DNA of 63,081 nt, counting the filler, from Globobulimina sp. (taxonomy: Eukaryota): the NCBI GenBank assembly GCA_003354225.1. It is 18 parts of 18 records of this genome, joined end to end, with 100 filler letters (N's around TTAATTAATTAA, not from the genome) between each part and the next. Parts side by side here need not be neighbours in the genome. Positions count along the whole stretch, not along the records: positions 1 to 3,415 come from PIVH01002856.1; positions 3,516 to 6,928 come from PIVH01002857.1; positions 7,029 to 10,440 come from PIVH01002858.1; positions 10,541 to 13,952 come from PIVH01002859.1; 14 more parts are not named here. One strand, given 5' to 3'. This document shows, one piece after another, positions 1-13,500 of the stretch (the stretch's first letter is position 1; every line of letters starts with the position of its first letter). The position numbers were made by a program, and so were the translations under genes. The notes under the pieces were generated by a model. That model was not told the DNA's origin, did not search any database, and saw only the letters and a program-made list of their open reading frames with translations.

Positions 1-1
1 T

Positions 2-1429
2 GCGAGGAACAAATCTAAATTCTTGCGCAATGTGACTGGAAATATGATGCAAACCCGGTGTCCGAATCCAAACCGCCTTATCCAGCCAATCACGAATGGT
101 CTCCGCCACATTCCTGCTGCCTTGCGTTGGTATAGTGGCACCTACAAATATTACTTGTGGCTTTCCGATTTTATTCAACTCTCTGTATACAACGGAGGGG
201 GAAGACAACAGAGTTTCATCTCGAATGTATTTGGGGAGCAACAGTTTATATTTCAATGGGTTGCTCGATATTTGCTGGGTTAATTCCTTAAATTTGCTGA
301 AAACATATCTTAATTGGAAGCGTGAACTGGATCGTGTCAAATAATCCGCTTCATCCAACACCAGATATCTTATCTTGCTCAGAAACGATCGATATCTGTT
401 TTCGTTATGCTTTTTGTGTAAGTTTGTAAGTAAAGCAGTGGGTGTCGTAATTAGTATGTCTGGCATTAATTCGTTTGATTTGGGTAATAATGCTCTGCCG
501 TGCAACGACATTGTTTTTAGTTTATAGAAATTGGCATTGTCTCGATTTATAAGATATATCTCGGGATTATCATAGTATGCCGCTAATATTTCATTTATGA
601 CTCTCTGTGTCTGATTACATAAATGTTCATTCGGTTCGATGATGACCAGAATGGGATATTTCTTTTCTGCATCAAACTCAAATGGATGATATTTATGATG
701 GTGCTTCCTTTCGTTGTCTTTGCTCAAATGGTTTTCTTTAAATTTACTAATTGGATCGAATGCAGACTGTGTAATGGAAGTATCATTTAATAGTTTGTGC
801 AATATCGGCAGTAGAAAGGCAATTGTTTTCCCAGTGCCTGTCTCTGACCCTATCACACAATGATTGCCTTTCAATATTTGCGGGATGGCTAATTGTTGAA
901 TATGTGATGGCGTATTAATGCCAATGTCATTGATTGCTTTGATTATATGTTTATCAATGGATAACTCCTCAAAACTGTGCGCTGGCGATGGACCATAAAA
1001 TGTCGATTCAAACTGTTTTATTGATGACAATTCTTGTAAATCGAGTCCAGGCTCATATATTATTTCTTCTTCTTCCTCGTGTTGTTGTTGTTGTTTTTGT
1101 AATGATCTGAGCACTGCATTTGATGCTTTTTGATTGTGTATTTGTGGCTGTTTATGTTTTTGTTTTTTTTCAACGTTTTCATGATATGACTGTTTTTGTT
1201 GTATTTGTTGTGATAATGAATGTAAATAAGTTTCATGATCCAGTAATTGTTGAATACGGTGGACCATTTCTGGTCGAACATATTTGAATAAAGTAGCATA
1301 ATCTAATGTGGCTTGGTTTGAATCAGATGTTGAAAAGTGTGATTTATTATATTTTGTTGATTTGATAATTGAAGGAAGAGAGGACCAAAAACGATGGTTT
1401 TTGTTGTTTTGAATCAACCCTTTCAACAT
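2..1429 (-). CDS. DEAD-box RNA helicase, 3'-truncated, possible mitochondrial presequence
   Basis: Absent from the ORF track because it has no stop. Manual translation from the ATG at 1429 gives MLKGLIQNNKNHRFWSSL..., motif I GSETGTGKT (~830-850) and motif II YLVLDEAD (~345-370). Confidence 0.9.
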   Translation of the reverse strand, partial: MLKGLIQNNKNHRFWSSLPSIIKSTKYNKSHFSTSDSNQATLDYATLFKYVRPEMVHRIQQLLDHETYLHSLSQQIQQKQSYHENVEKKQKHKQPQIHNQKASNAVLRSLQKQQQQHEEEEEIIYEPGLDLQELSSIKQFESTFYGPSPAHSFEELSIDKHIIKAINDIGINTPSHIQQLAIPQILKGNHCVIGSETGTGKTIAFLLPILHKLLNDTSITQSAFDPISKFKENHLSKDNERKHHHKYHPFEFDAEKKYPILVIIEPNEHLCNQTQRVINEILAAYYDNPEIYLINRDNANFYKLKTMSLHGRALLPKSNELMPDILITTPTALLTNLHKKHNENRYRSFLSKIRYLVLDEADYLTRSSSRFQLRYVFSKFKELTQQISSNPLKYKLLLPKYIRDETLLSSPSVVYRELNKIGKPQVIFVGATIPTQGSRNVAETIRDWLDKAVWIRTPGLHHISSHIAQEFRFVPR

Positions 1430-1717
1430 TGTATATGATGTGTTTCTGATAAAAGTAGAAATTTCTGATTATTTCCGAAAGTATAATCGTTTTCAAAATA
1501 ATTGGACGGAGTGTGGACTAGCAAGCAGACATTTAATCTGTTGATGGTAGTTAAAATTAACTAAAAACCTTTGAAGTAAAGTATACAGTGAGAATTGAGA
1601 AACGTTTCTGGAGATAGAATGTCAGAAATGACGGTATTTTTGTAGTTATACGTACAGGTCACGGTCGAGAAAGTACAGATTTCCTATTTCATATTGAATG
1701 TTGTGTCATTATTGCTA

Positions 1718-2526
1718 TTATGATAAATTCAAAGATGCTTTAAGGCGTTGCCACACCGTTGACATTTTTGCATTGGCGTCAATTATTTTTACTTTAGCTG
1801 CTTTTTTATAATAATCAATAACTGGCGTTGTTTGTTGATGATAATTCTTTAAACGTGTCGGTAACACTTCGGCGGTGTCATCTTTTCTTTGATACAATGC
1901 CTCTCCGGTTATATCATCAAATCCTGCTTGTTTTGGTGGATTAAATCGAACATGATATGTCCTTCCGGATGCCTTATGGATCCACCTTCCAGTTATTCTC
2001 TCTGTCAATATGTCATCGGCAATGGATAATTGTATCACATCATCTATTTGTTTCCCTTTGCTTGCTAACATTTCATCCAACTGTTTAATAATTGTACATA
2101 TCATATGTTTCAGAGAAATTTATAGAAATTATTAGTATCAACAGACATAGTGCATACAGCTTGTGCTTGTTGAACAGTTCTCGGATATCCATCCAAAATA
2201 AATCCTTTTGAACATTCCTCAGAATCAATAGCTTCCGCAACAATACCATTCACAATGTCATTCGATACCAAATCACCGCGATCCATAATTTCTTTTGCCT
2301 GTTTTCCTAATTCGGTGCCATTAGAAACCGCTGCACGCAATAAATCACCTGTTGATAAGTGACATGCACAGATCTCATCTTTTAATCGTGGCGCTTGCGT
2401 TCCTTTCCCCGCACCTGGTGGTCCCATCAATATTATACCACGATTGTCCCTGGCTTTGACACAATTTATACGACGTTGAGCTTCATCTAAAAGTTCTTTC
2501 AATGAAAAATCTGCAAGTGATGCCAT
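1718..2526 (-). CDS. adk: Adenylate kinase (long LID type); exons 2158-2526 and 1718-2080
   Basis: P-loop [28 protein letters not shown] and LID region [13 protein letters not shown]; a 77-bp GT-AG intron at 2081-2157 joins the two ORFs in frame. Confidence 0.96.
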
Positions 2527-2590
2527 GGTTTATTCTGTGAGTAGATCGGACAAAAAAAGTTTTAAAATCTAACGATCGGTCAAACGATGG

Positions 2591-3415
2591 TCAAACGATT
2601 GGGATCTGTAAGTATTCTAAGTCCAAATATAAGTCGTCCATCGTGGCGGCATTTGAAGCAGAATAATGATACAGATACAGGTAATCAAGCACAATTTTAC
2701 AAAGATTTATGTGCAAATATTTCTTTAATTCCGTTTTTGTTTCATGTTTATGAGAATAAAACGTATAGAGATCATCCAATCGTTGAATAATATCATCGGT
2801 AAACCTTCTCCCAACTGATAAATAGTCATGACTTGATGTTGTTGATTTTCTTTTTTTAAAATAACATGACATCTGCCTCCTTAAATATCTTTGTATTGTC
2901 GTAGCATCATAAAAAGCAATGATATATCTATATTTCCCTAAATCTTTCCATATAAAACGGATATATTGTATTCCAAAAAGAAAGTCAAATAAAAATAACA
3001 AAGCAAAAGAATTCCAATTTTTATGTGTAATGATTATTGTATAAATCAAACAAATATATTGGAAGATTAAACCACAAATAAAGGCTAAATATATTGAGTA
3101 ATTAAATAAATATATATCAATCCAATGATATGTATAATCATTAAAATATAGCCACTCTCCAATATCACCTAATTTTAATCCAAATTGTATGTTAAAATAT
3201 TTGTAAGGAATATCTCTCTCAATCTTTAATTGTTTCATATCATTGTTTTCAAATTCATTTTCAATTAAATCATACAAATAATGTGCATTTCGGTGTTTTG
3301 TAGGTAGAATATTACCAATATATTTATATACTTTGTTATGATTAATTGTATCGATACCAATACCATTAAATAAATAAAATAAACAGATTATTTTGTTACT
3401 TTCATCTTGTTTTGA
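2591..3415 (-). CDS. Hypothetical membrane protein, 5'-partial
   Basis: Frame is open from the contig edge; two hydrophobic segments; no recognisable family. Confidence 0.6.
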   Translation of the reverse strand, partial: SKQDESNKIICLFYLFNGIGIDTINHNKVYKYIGNILPTKHRNAHYLYDLIENEFENNDMKQLKIERDIPYKYFNIQFGLKLGDIGEWLYFNDYTYHWIDIYLFNYSIYLAFICGLIFQYICLIYTIIITHKNWNSFALLFLFDFLFGIQYIRFIWKDLGKYRYIIAFYDATTIQRYLRRQMSCYFKKRKSTTSSHDYLSVGRRFTDDIIQRLDDLYTFYSHKHETKTELKKYLHINLCKIVLDYLYLYHYSASNAATMDDLYLDLEYLQIPIV

Positions 3416-3515
3416 NNNNNNNNNNNNNNNNNNNNNNNNNNNNNNNNNNNNNNNNNNNNTTAATTAATTAANNNNNNNNNNNNNNNNNNNNNNNNNNNNN
3501 NNNNNNNNNNNNNNN
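3416..3515. other. Artificial contig spacer N44-TTAATTAATTAA-N44 (first of 17; others start at 6929, 10441, 13953, 17465, 20977, 24487, 27997, 31506, 35015, 38524, 42033, 45542, 49050, 52558, 56066, 59574)
   Basis: Identical 100-bp linker with stops in all six frames; the contigs it separates decrease in length from 3415 to 3408 bp. Confidence 0.98.
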
Positions 3516-6500
3516 AACAATATCACCAAATTTGCATCGTAAGAAGTCAGTGTTAATAAAATAGTGACCATGTACAGTTACTTGCGTACCACCTCGAACT
3601 GTGCCACTTGCTGGAGCTAAAAGTGTGACATTTTCAAATGGTTCATACCAGAATGCAACTTGTTGCCTGGTAAACCATTCTAAATTATTTGAAATCTCTG
3701 CATAAACCATTTGTGGACCACTGATTGACGGTGTAATACACGTCATTTTAGTAGAATTTAGTACTGTTGCTGTGACAGCAGATAAATTACTAAATTTGCA
3801 GTACATTGGAGTTTCAAAATTGTTACCATGCAAAGTGATGATAGTTCCACCATGAATTGGTCCATGAGGTGGTACTATACTGTACAATGCAGGGAATGCT
3901 TGATAATAAAATTCTATTTCATTTGTAGTCCAATCAATGTTATTCAATGATACTGCAACAGATACATTACGACTATAATCTTGGTACGGTGCAATACAAC
4001 TTATATAGGTTTTATTCATAACAAAATCAGTTGAAATGGATGTGGCTTTAATAAACCTTTCACCAAACATACAATATGCAGAATTATTTGATAACACCGT
4101 CCAATCCGCATCGCCTTGGGATATTGTCATAATTACTGGCATTCCGCCGGATATAAATCCTCGATTTGGATATATTGAGGTTACATTGAACAAAGTATGA
4201 TAATGATATGTAAATGATGCCGAAATATCAGTGTAAGTGAACAAATTATTTGTTAATTGAAAGTCTACGGTTTGATTTGCCGTATAAGATGGTGGAGATA
4301 TGCATGTCATATAATCTTTATTTACATAGTAACCGAAACTGGTGCTATTACCAAACTTACATTTTAATTGAGAACTATCTATAAAGTGGCTACCTTTGAC
4401 AGTAACTTTTGTTCCACCGCGCATGTCTCCAAAGGTGGGATATATTTGTTTGATAATTATTGGTGGATAAAAATAAAATAATTGCCCATCATGAGTCCAA
4501 TCGTAACCATTTAATGATACTTCAATTGCTAATCTGTACGCATCTGATGCATTGATTTTAGGAGTAAGAATTTCAATTTGTTTTGAATTTATAAATGTTG
4601 CATTAGATACAAGATAATATTTGCTATTTACGTTAGAGTTGTCTTCAAAACGTACCTGTGTACCATTTCGAAAATAATTGCCATAAATTGTAATTGGATT
4701 GAATGCGTTGTATCTGCCGGAATCAGGTGTAAAATGAGAAATAATTGGATCATCATAAAATGCAAACATTACAGTTTCTTGTGAGTAATCAAAACCATTT
4801 ATTGTTATGGCGATGGAAGTATTGCCATTTTTTATCTTAAATGTAGGTGTTATACATTGCAAATGGTTGGAATCAATGAATTTTGCAGACTTATATTGAT
4901 GATATATATATGAATTACCATACCCAGCAGAATAATATGTAAATTTACAATTTAATACATAATTTCCATCAGATGTTGTTGGAATAAATCTATTCCCCGT
5001 GATATTTAATAATGTGCCACCTAGATTTGTTCCAAATGTTGGATATACACTGATTACATTTACTAATTCATCAAATGTATAATTATAATCTGTAAAATTA
5101 GTCCATTGTTGTCCATTATTTGTTAAACTGATGAATAAAACAGTTGCATTCGTCACATTTTCTGGTATTGTACAGGTAATAGCTTTTGGCTCAATATATC
5201 TTGTGACTGGCACATGTATCATAGACTCAAATGTTGAATTATAAAATATTGTAAATTTGCATTGAATCAATGAAGAGTTTCGAAAATTTTCACCGAAAAT
5301 TGTAACCTCATTACCGCCACTTGTCGGACCATGTTTTGGTGCGAATGATGTAATATTGATATCTTTGATCCATTCAAATGTAATTAATGAGTCACTCCAT
5401 TGCCTGCCCTCAGTGATTGAAAATTTGAAGCCTTCAACAATAGCACTGCTTTTTGATGGTGATATTATTTGTATTTCTGTAGACGATATGTATGCTGCAA
5501 TTTGTTGTGTATCTGATCCGATTTTATACAATAAACCGTCAATAAAATTAAATCCGGTCAATGTCAGCAACGTTGAGCCAGAAATTGGTCCAAATGATGG
5601 CGAAATACTTGTAATTTGTATTGGTGGGTAATATGTAAAATTAATATTGCCATAAGTTGGTGAATCAAAAAAATCAATGCCATTCAATGAAATGCCAATA
5701 TGTTTAACCACAGTTTGAGTCATTGATAACAGCTCAACTGTTGGAGTAATGCATTGTATATATGACGTATTGATATATGTTGCGGATATTATTGAATATC
5801 CACTGTCATCTCCATCAAATCTGCAGGTAATATATGGTGTATACCACATATTTGCAACCTCAATACTTATATTTGTTGCGCCAATATAACTTCCACTTAA
5901 TGGATACACGCTAATTAACAGAGGGTTTGCAGTGACATTGAAATAAAACTTGTTGCAAAATTGTTGAAAATTACCGATATTAAAATGTAACGAATAATGG
6001 CCAATGTATGCAGATATCATTGAATGTGCTAAATAAAAACTAAAATGCTGAGGATCTAACCATTCAAACTCAATTGATGTATTACCATTAAAATAAAGCG
6101 TCAAATTGTCATGGTACAATATATTTTGTGCGGTCACAAAAACCCAAACATCGCCTCGTTGATGGATAAAATCTCTATTAACACGAATAATGTTTGGTTC
6201 TTTGATATATACAAATTGCAATGTAGTTGTAATATGATACCATATACTTTTCAATGTAACACTAACGGACTGAAATAATATGTCATCATCAAATATATGC
6301 CATTGCGGAGTCAAACAATTAATTTGTGTCTCAGATACAACATAAGCGGTTGTATTAAAACTATTATTGAAAACACAAAAATGAGCTAAATCTGTACGCA
6401 AATTCTCTGCAGAAATGGTGATATTTGTAGCGCCATCTTGTGATCCAATGCTTGGAAAAATATCAAATATGTCTGGAATACTCATATATTCAAATAACAC

Positions 6501-6928
6501 GCCACTATCACTCCAATCTGCGCCATTATTCATTGATATTTCAACTGATGTAAATCCATAAGAATGTGGCGGTGATGTAGAGCTCATTATTGTTGAATTT
6601 ATAATTATTGCGTTGATAAAATAAGTCTCATCTTCACCAAATCTGCATAATGCAACAACATTAATGTTTCCATACAACAAATTCTCGCCATAAATGGTTA
6701 CGGTTATACCACCATCAATGTATCCTCGATTTGGTTCTAAATATCTCACGAATGGATGTTTAAAATACAAATACGTAAAATTATGGCTATTATCATAATG
6801 CCATTCATCGAGTTCTACTGCAAATTCAACCAAAACAGGTGCATATAAATATGATGGCGATAAACATGTTACTAAGTTATCTGAAATATATTCTGCAGAT
6901 ACAAAGATGTGATCAAATCTACATTGTA
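3516..6928 (-). CDS. Large IPT/TIG-repeat surface protein, partial at both ends
   Basis: About 11-12 repeats of P-x-x-G-x-x-x-GG-T-x-(V/I)-T-(I/V)-x-G-x-N-F...C-x-F...C-x-T-P...(I/V)-S-x-N-G; many N-x-S/T sequons. Confidence 0.92.
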
Positions 6929-7342
6929 NNNNNNNNNNNNNNNNNNNNNNNNNNNNNNNNNNNNNNNNNNNNTTAATTAATTAANNNNNNNNNNNNNNNN
7001 NNNNNNNNNNNNNNNNNNNNNNNNNNNNAGACTGTTTATGACATTGTTTAAAATGACTCCGAAAAAAGTCCAAGTTTTACGAATATTACAAAACAATATA
7101 TAAGACATTGTTCAACAAAACACACTATACCCAATATTGTTTTGATACGAATGTACAATCTTTTACCAATCACGTACAAGATTTGTTTTTAGTTTCTATT
7201 TTACTGCCCTTAGTGGAGTAAACGGCTCAAAAGGAGTGGAGTAATTCCACTTTTACTGCGTTTTTTTGGGTAAATACTAATACTGATAAGCCATTCCAGT
7301 GCGTACTACTCATCCAACTGTGCGATAAAAAACTTGTATAGC

Positions 7343-9669
7343 ATGTCGTCTCTCGCAGAACGCGTGACCGAACCACGTGCATTGTTAGCATTAATTGGTA
7401 TATTTCTGGACACCTTTATTTATCCCCCATTGATAATCTATTGGACCGTAAATATATGGCGAGAGCGAAATTCATTAATAATTCGCAAAAGACATTTCCC
7501 GATAATAATCACTATTGGCTGGGTCTCATGTTTATACTATTTAGTCCAACGCAACATTGGTTTCTTAATATACAGCGACATATTATCACCCCCTACAACA
7601 CTGATATTTACATACATAAATTGCTATTTATACCCTATATTTAACTACGGCTTATTTTACATAATGGTGTATCGATATTGGTTGTTATACTTCAAAACTA
7701 AATTTGCGTCAGGTACTGTATATTAATATTTTTTTCTACAATCATTGTCTGCAATTTCTCTCAAAACAACAGCGCAAAGCAATGGCAAATGGGAAATGAT
7801 AATCAACCCAGTGGAGGCCGACAAAAATTGGTGGATTGTAAATAAAAAGAAATTTGGCTCTGGCCATTATTTAAAGAAATATATCTTATTAATATGGTGT
7901 TTTATAGTGATCATTGAAGGAACATTGTGGTTATTTGCATATTATTTAAACTCATATCCAGTGACATACATAGCATTATTCATCGATTTATTAATCGTTT
8001 TATTCCCATTGATATTAACCATTTATATCCGTCATACCTTACCATTATTAATCGATAAACTGCGCATTAAACAAGAATTAAAATATATATTTCTGATCAT
8101 ATTGCTAGCATTTATAATCATAGCTGTATTGTCCTCCATTATTGGCGCTTTGTCATATTTTATCATCAGTTTCAGCCAAAATATCCAGTATTCAGTGTAC
8201 AATGCAATTGCAAATATATCCACGTTTGGTACTTTTTTATGTATTTATTTCCAAACCCAATGGGTTATCAACAAATTTCGATCGCATTTGCACATGTTTT
8301 CGAGCAGACAAATGTTAAAAACAACACTGACTCAACAAATATTATTAACGAAAAAGGAAAAAAATGAAAATAAAGACAAAATATCAATCTCTGATGTTAA
8401 GAATATTTCGGATTTTAAACATTTCTAAATTAAAAACGTCTGTTTTCCGCATTTTGACAATTTTTATATAGGTGCTTACGCATAAGGAGGCTTTTCATGT
8501 TTTTATGGGTCATTTAATTCAGGAACATTCCTCCGAATGTTTGTTATCTTTGATTGAAATGATGCAGTTTAAAGATTCCATATTGAATGATATTAAACTT
8601 ATCCCTGTATTGACCACAAAACTACGTAAATCAGCGAGTGACCAGAGAGTGAGTACAATCTCCAAAACTGAGCAACAAAAACAACCACATGACGCTAAAA
8701 CTATTACAGAGGAAATCGCTGAAAATGCAAATGGCAGAAGCAGCGAAGTCGAAAGAAATATCAAAACATTAACATTAGCATTATCAGGCACATATGATGC
8801 TAATTTTATAAGTGCAGCCACCTCATCGTCACCACTGAGTACACCCATACGAGGTCGAGGAAGAAGTGGCAGTTTAGCGACTGCGAATGGATTGATTCTG
8901 TTTCCTAAAACTGTACCAAAATCTGCCATTGTCTACAATAAAGAATTGAATTTTTTAGCTGATATCCCAGGAGGTGTGTTTTGTTGCACTTATCTATAAA
9001 TGACATAATTTGAATGTTGCTCTGCTAATTATATCAGTTGAGATATCGCCGAAGAAGAAAAGAGGCATAACCATCGACGACGATGTAGTGAATAAATCGG
9101 GCTTGATACGGCATGTAAGTTCGGCATCGAATACTGATAAATATGCGATATGGCAACAAAAGCGGTCTTCCACTTTGAAAAAAAACATTGATGTCCGTGC
9201 GATTCGGGATAATGTGAGGAGTGATAACGAGTCGATGAGCATTGAAGTTGGATTAATGGAAAAGAAATATTCGGTGAAGAAAAGAGATAAGAATAAGAGT
9301 AAAAAAAGCATTGTGTTGAATAGGAGCGAAGGTGAATTGATCGAAGAGTATAAGATAAGAGGATATATGTTGTATTATAAATATGTTGCGGTTGGGTCGG
9401 AGTTTGAGATCAATATTGATTACGGAACGCGGAATAAATTGATGTTGCAGGTAAATGATATTAATCAATGGTTGAAAGATGAAAGTATACATTTGGATGA
9501 GCTGTCTGTGATATTTGACAATTGTATCCATCAAATGTATCAGTTTTGTAAGTTCTCGATGGGCAGATTTAAGCAATCGGATGGATTTGGAGCGTTGGTT
9601 CGATGTTTTAATATTGTAGCACATCACGAGGAAGCTCCGACATTGTTAATAAATCATGTTTCGCCGTAG
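7343..9669 (+). CDS. Multi-pass (7TM-like) membrane protein with a C-terminal RGS domain; introns 7713-7772, 8396-8471, 8974-9037
   Basis: About 7 hydrophobic helices; RGS start FMGHLIQEHSSECLLSLIE and RGS end YKYVAVGSEFEINIDYGTR...FDNC...MGRFKQS; all three GT-AG introns restore the frame. Confidence 0.85.
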
Positions 9670-9947
9670 TGTTTTTGTGTAATTGTTATGTACATTTTTG
9701 TATGTATGTGAGTTTGAATTTTTGTTTGAAGACACAATCCAAATTAAATTAGAGACATTTTTGAGAATATTCATCAAAATCGAGACAGGAAACTCCGTTG
9801 ATTTGCGAAAAAAAAATGTAATTGAAAAAAAAATATGAAATTAAACAAAACAACAAAGATAGCAAATTCTGAGTCAGTGAGATTTAATTTGCAATCTTAG
9901 TGCAAGGATATTACATCAATAATTAGCAATGGTTAACTGAATAATTG

Positions 9948-10440
9948 TTAACGTGAATGCATATTTTTAATATGGTTTTTCATAACACCCAACTGTCGAA
10001 ACCATTTACCACACACTTTGCATTGATACGGCCTCTCTCCAGTATGGATTCGGAGATGATTCTTCAACGAATGCTTGGCTCGGAATGCTTTGCCGCACGT
10101 CGGACATTTAAAAGGTTTCTCGCCACTATGAGTCCTCATATGATATTCAAAGTGTTGCTTCCCACCAAATGACCGCGAACACACATTACAGTAAAATCTA
10201 TTCTGTCTCTGCTGAATACCAATACCGCCGCCTCCAACTCCTCCAACTCCTCCACCTCCATAGCCATGATGGTCAATATCAGCACCTACGCCATGGACAT
10301 GTTGCTTATGTCCAATTAAATCACTTTTTGTATTAAATGAGATGCGGCATAATTTGCATTTGTATTCGATGGCAAACGATGGTGGCGATATATTGTCATA
10401 CTGTCCATGTCCATGTCCATGCGGTGGCGGTGGTGGTGGC
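9948..10440 (-). CDS. C2H2 zinc-finger protein, 5'-partial
   Basis: Three tandem fingers with HSGEKPF and HTGERPY linkers, plus an upstream finger CKLCRISFNTKSDLIGHKQHVH in the same frame. Confidence 0.92.
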
Positions 10441-10574
10441 NNNNNNNNNNNNNNNNNNNNNNNNNNNNNNNNNNNNNNNNNNNNTTAATTAATTAANNNN
10501 NNNNNNNNNNNNNNNNNNNNNNNNNNNNNNNNNNNNNNNNCATTGAATGGAATAATAATTATGACAGACAATTA

Positions 10575-13500
10575 ATGATAAATAGAAAGAAAAGAAAAAG
10601 AAACTTCAAGAGAACAGCGAATAAATTGGAGATTTTCAAAAATAAAAAAATGACAAATCACAATTATAAAATCAGTTTATTGAAAAACGTGAAAATTAGG
10701 ACACCATTCATTGCGATATCGGAGGAAGTATTAAATCAAATGACTCCATTGACGGATAACGAGATTTTTGTATTGCATTCACATCCAAAATTTGTCCCAT
10801 ATCCAAAAAAGCCGGATTTAGCAGAATACGGTCATGTTATTGAATCGTTTAAGAATCAAATTCGTTTCAGATACTACAGAGCTATGCGGTCGTGGGGACA
10901 ACAAAAAAGAGAGAAAACGGAGGAAGATACAAAATTAGATTTGGAAAAGCAAATTGGTTCATTATTAGCAGAGGAACACGGCTTTGCTGATTTGCCGTAT
11001 ATCAAATCGAGAGGAAAAGGCATAAAAAGAACAAACTGCTCGATATTAGAAACAGCATTGGATTTGGTTGAAAACACGATATTAAACGCGGATAATTGGA
11101 AAGAAGAAAAAATTGATGACAAATCCAAGAAATAAAACAACTTACGAAGCGTACGAAAGAGGGCATTATTACGGTGACTGTGGGCGACAAATCAAACAGA
11201 TTTAGATTGGTAGAGACGAAGCATTATATTAACGGCGTTGAACTATTTTTAAAACAATGCAATTTCGTCGAAGTCCCACAAGATGACTCTGTGGAAATCA
11301 TTGAACAAATCAAAGAATTCACAGACAACCACATCCATTCATTATTTTGGCGGAAATATCTCGCACCGATCCAGCCCTACGATGAACATTATAAACCGGG
11401 TAAATGTTACAGTCTTTTTAAAGATCACAAAGAAATTGATTCGATTTATAAGCCATTGAGAGGAATTTGCAGTGCCTGCAGCACATCAATCGAATATATC
11501 TGTCGTTGGTTAGCTTATTACTTAAGAGCTCCTCAAATGAATGCATCGGATTTAATATTATGATGATATCAGAAATTTAATTGTTGATACATTTACAACG
11601 AGTGACTATATTCCAAATAAAAAGGAATTTAGATTGGCATTGGATATTGTTATGAAAAATAACATCATCAAATTTAATAATAAGTTCTTTAAACAAACAA
11701 ATGGGGGATCTATGGGTCCCGCACATACACCGCCTTGGGCCGATATTGCAATGATTCCAATTATCAGGAAAGCAAAGCAATGCATTGAACATATTTTAAT
11801 CAAAAATGGAATGAAGATATACCGCGATGATTTAACTATGATTTGGCGAGGAAAATTCAATTCGGCTCAATTTATTACATCGACATTAAATTCAATTAAT
11901 AAGAATATCCAATTTAAAATGGAGAAACCGAAAGAATTATTAATTGGTAAAGAAATACATTATCTCAACAGCACGGTGAAAATCACAGAGAATGGATTAA
12001 AATGCAAACATTATATAAAACAGATGAAATGCACGAATCCGCTCGATCCGGATAGTCATCACAGTAAAAGAATATTTTATGCGATGCCGATTACGTTATT
12101 ACAAGAAGTAAGAATTGTTTCTGACGATGAATTTCTACAAACCGCTATGAGTAGGATTGTATTGGAATTATTGCAAGCGGGATATCCAAAGAACGTAGTT
12201 ATTAAAACATGGATGAAATACACAAATATGTCGAAAATGGATTTATTATTACCATCGAAAGACCGATACAATCTGAAAAAGATGAGACAACAATATGTTT
12301 TTGAGCGAGATCCATATATCGAACATCAAAAATCTATGACGAGAAAAATTGCCAATCTCTCAAATGAAAACAATAAAAAACAAAATAAAAAGAGAGGTAC
12401 AAAATTCTTTAATACAAATAACATACAAATTATCTTGAAACACCATCCAAACCTTCCGGACATTGAGAAATTGATTGATGAAATGATAAAAATGTTGGAA
12501 TTAGACCCGGAAATCTGTGGAAAATATGGTTTTTTAACGAGAGAAGATATTGAGATCCATTACAAGAGAGACAAGAATATATTGGAACTATTACCCATTG
12601 GTTTTATACCCAAACAATCAGAAATTAAATTGAGTGAAGACCAAAGATTAAATGCATTGAATTTAATAAAACAAGCAAATATAAATCAAAATAATGCATT
12701 AAATATAAATTTAAATATAGAATTGGCTGAAATTGATTTATTATCACTGAAAATACTGCAAATTAAGAAGGAGAATTATTTTAAATGGTGTTATGGAACA
12801 ATTACATTACATTGGTATAAATTATATATTTTAAATATGAATTTATTGATTTCAGACTTAAATTTGATGAATATTCAAATTATAAATAAAATCACCGAAT
12901 TTGCATTATTAATTAGAAAAAATGATATTAGATCATTCTGCATATCACAAAGCGGCCCAAAACAACAAAAAATCATCAAAATAATCGAAAAAGAGAAGAA
13001 AGGCTGTTTTGGATGTTCCAAAGGATGCGGTATCTGCACTACGCAGAATAGAAACGGAACGCAGTTATTATTATGTGGCGATTTTTATATCTCAAATAAA
13101 TTAAATAAGAAAATCAAAATTAAACAACATTTTACATGCAATTCAAAATGGGCCATTTATGTCATGTTTTGCATAAAATGTGGCATTGAATCCATTGGCT
13201 CCACACAAAATGCAGTAAAAATTAGGATGAGTCAGCATAAGAACGCAATATTAAACAATAAAGATTCATTTAATTATCCGATGGTGAGACACTTTAACAG
13301 AGTAAACAGTGTATGTTACAATGAAAATAAACTAAAAAACTGTAGATTTATGATATTGGATGGATTGAAAAATAATAATACTATGTCGTTTCAAGCGGCA
13401 GATCAAAGATTGAATAAATTGGAAATAGCATATCAAGGAAATTATATCACACATTTCCAATCCGGTAATGACAAGAAAGATTTTAATAATCGAGGACTAA

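Noticed and set aside
23-1299. Short ORFs at 23-283, 96-344 and 1060-1299
   Set aside because: Antisense or off-frame shadows of the DEAD-box helicase; the same applies to most short ORFs overlapping long genes.
2571-2602. Three AACGAT(C)GGTCA-like repeats upstream of adenylate kinase
   Set aside because: Too short to interpret, partly inside the upstream ORF's end, and not seen at other genes here.
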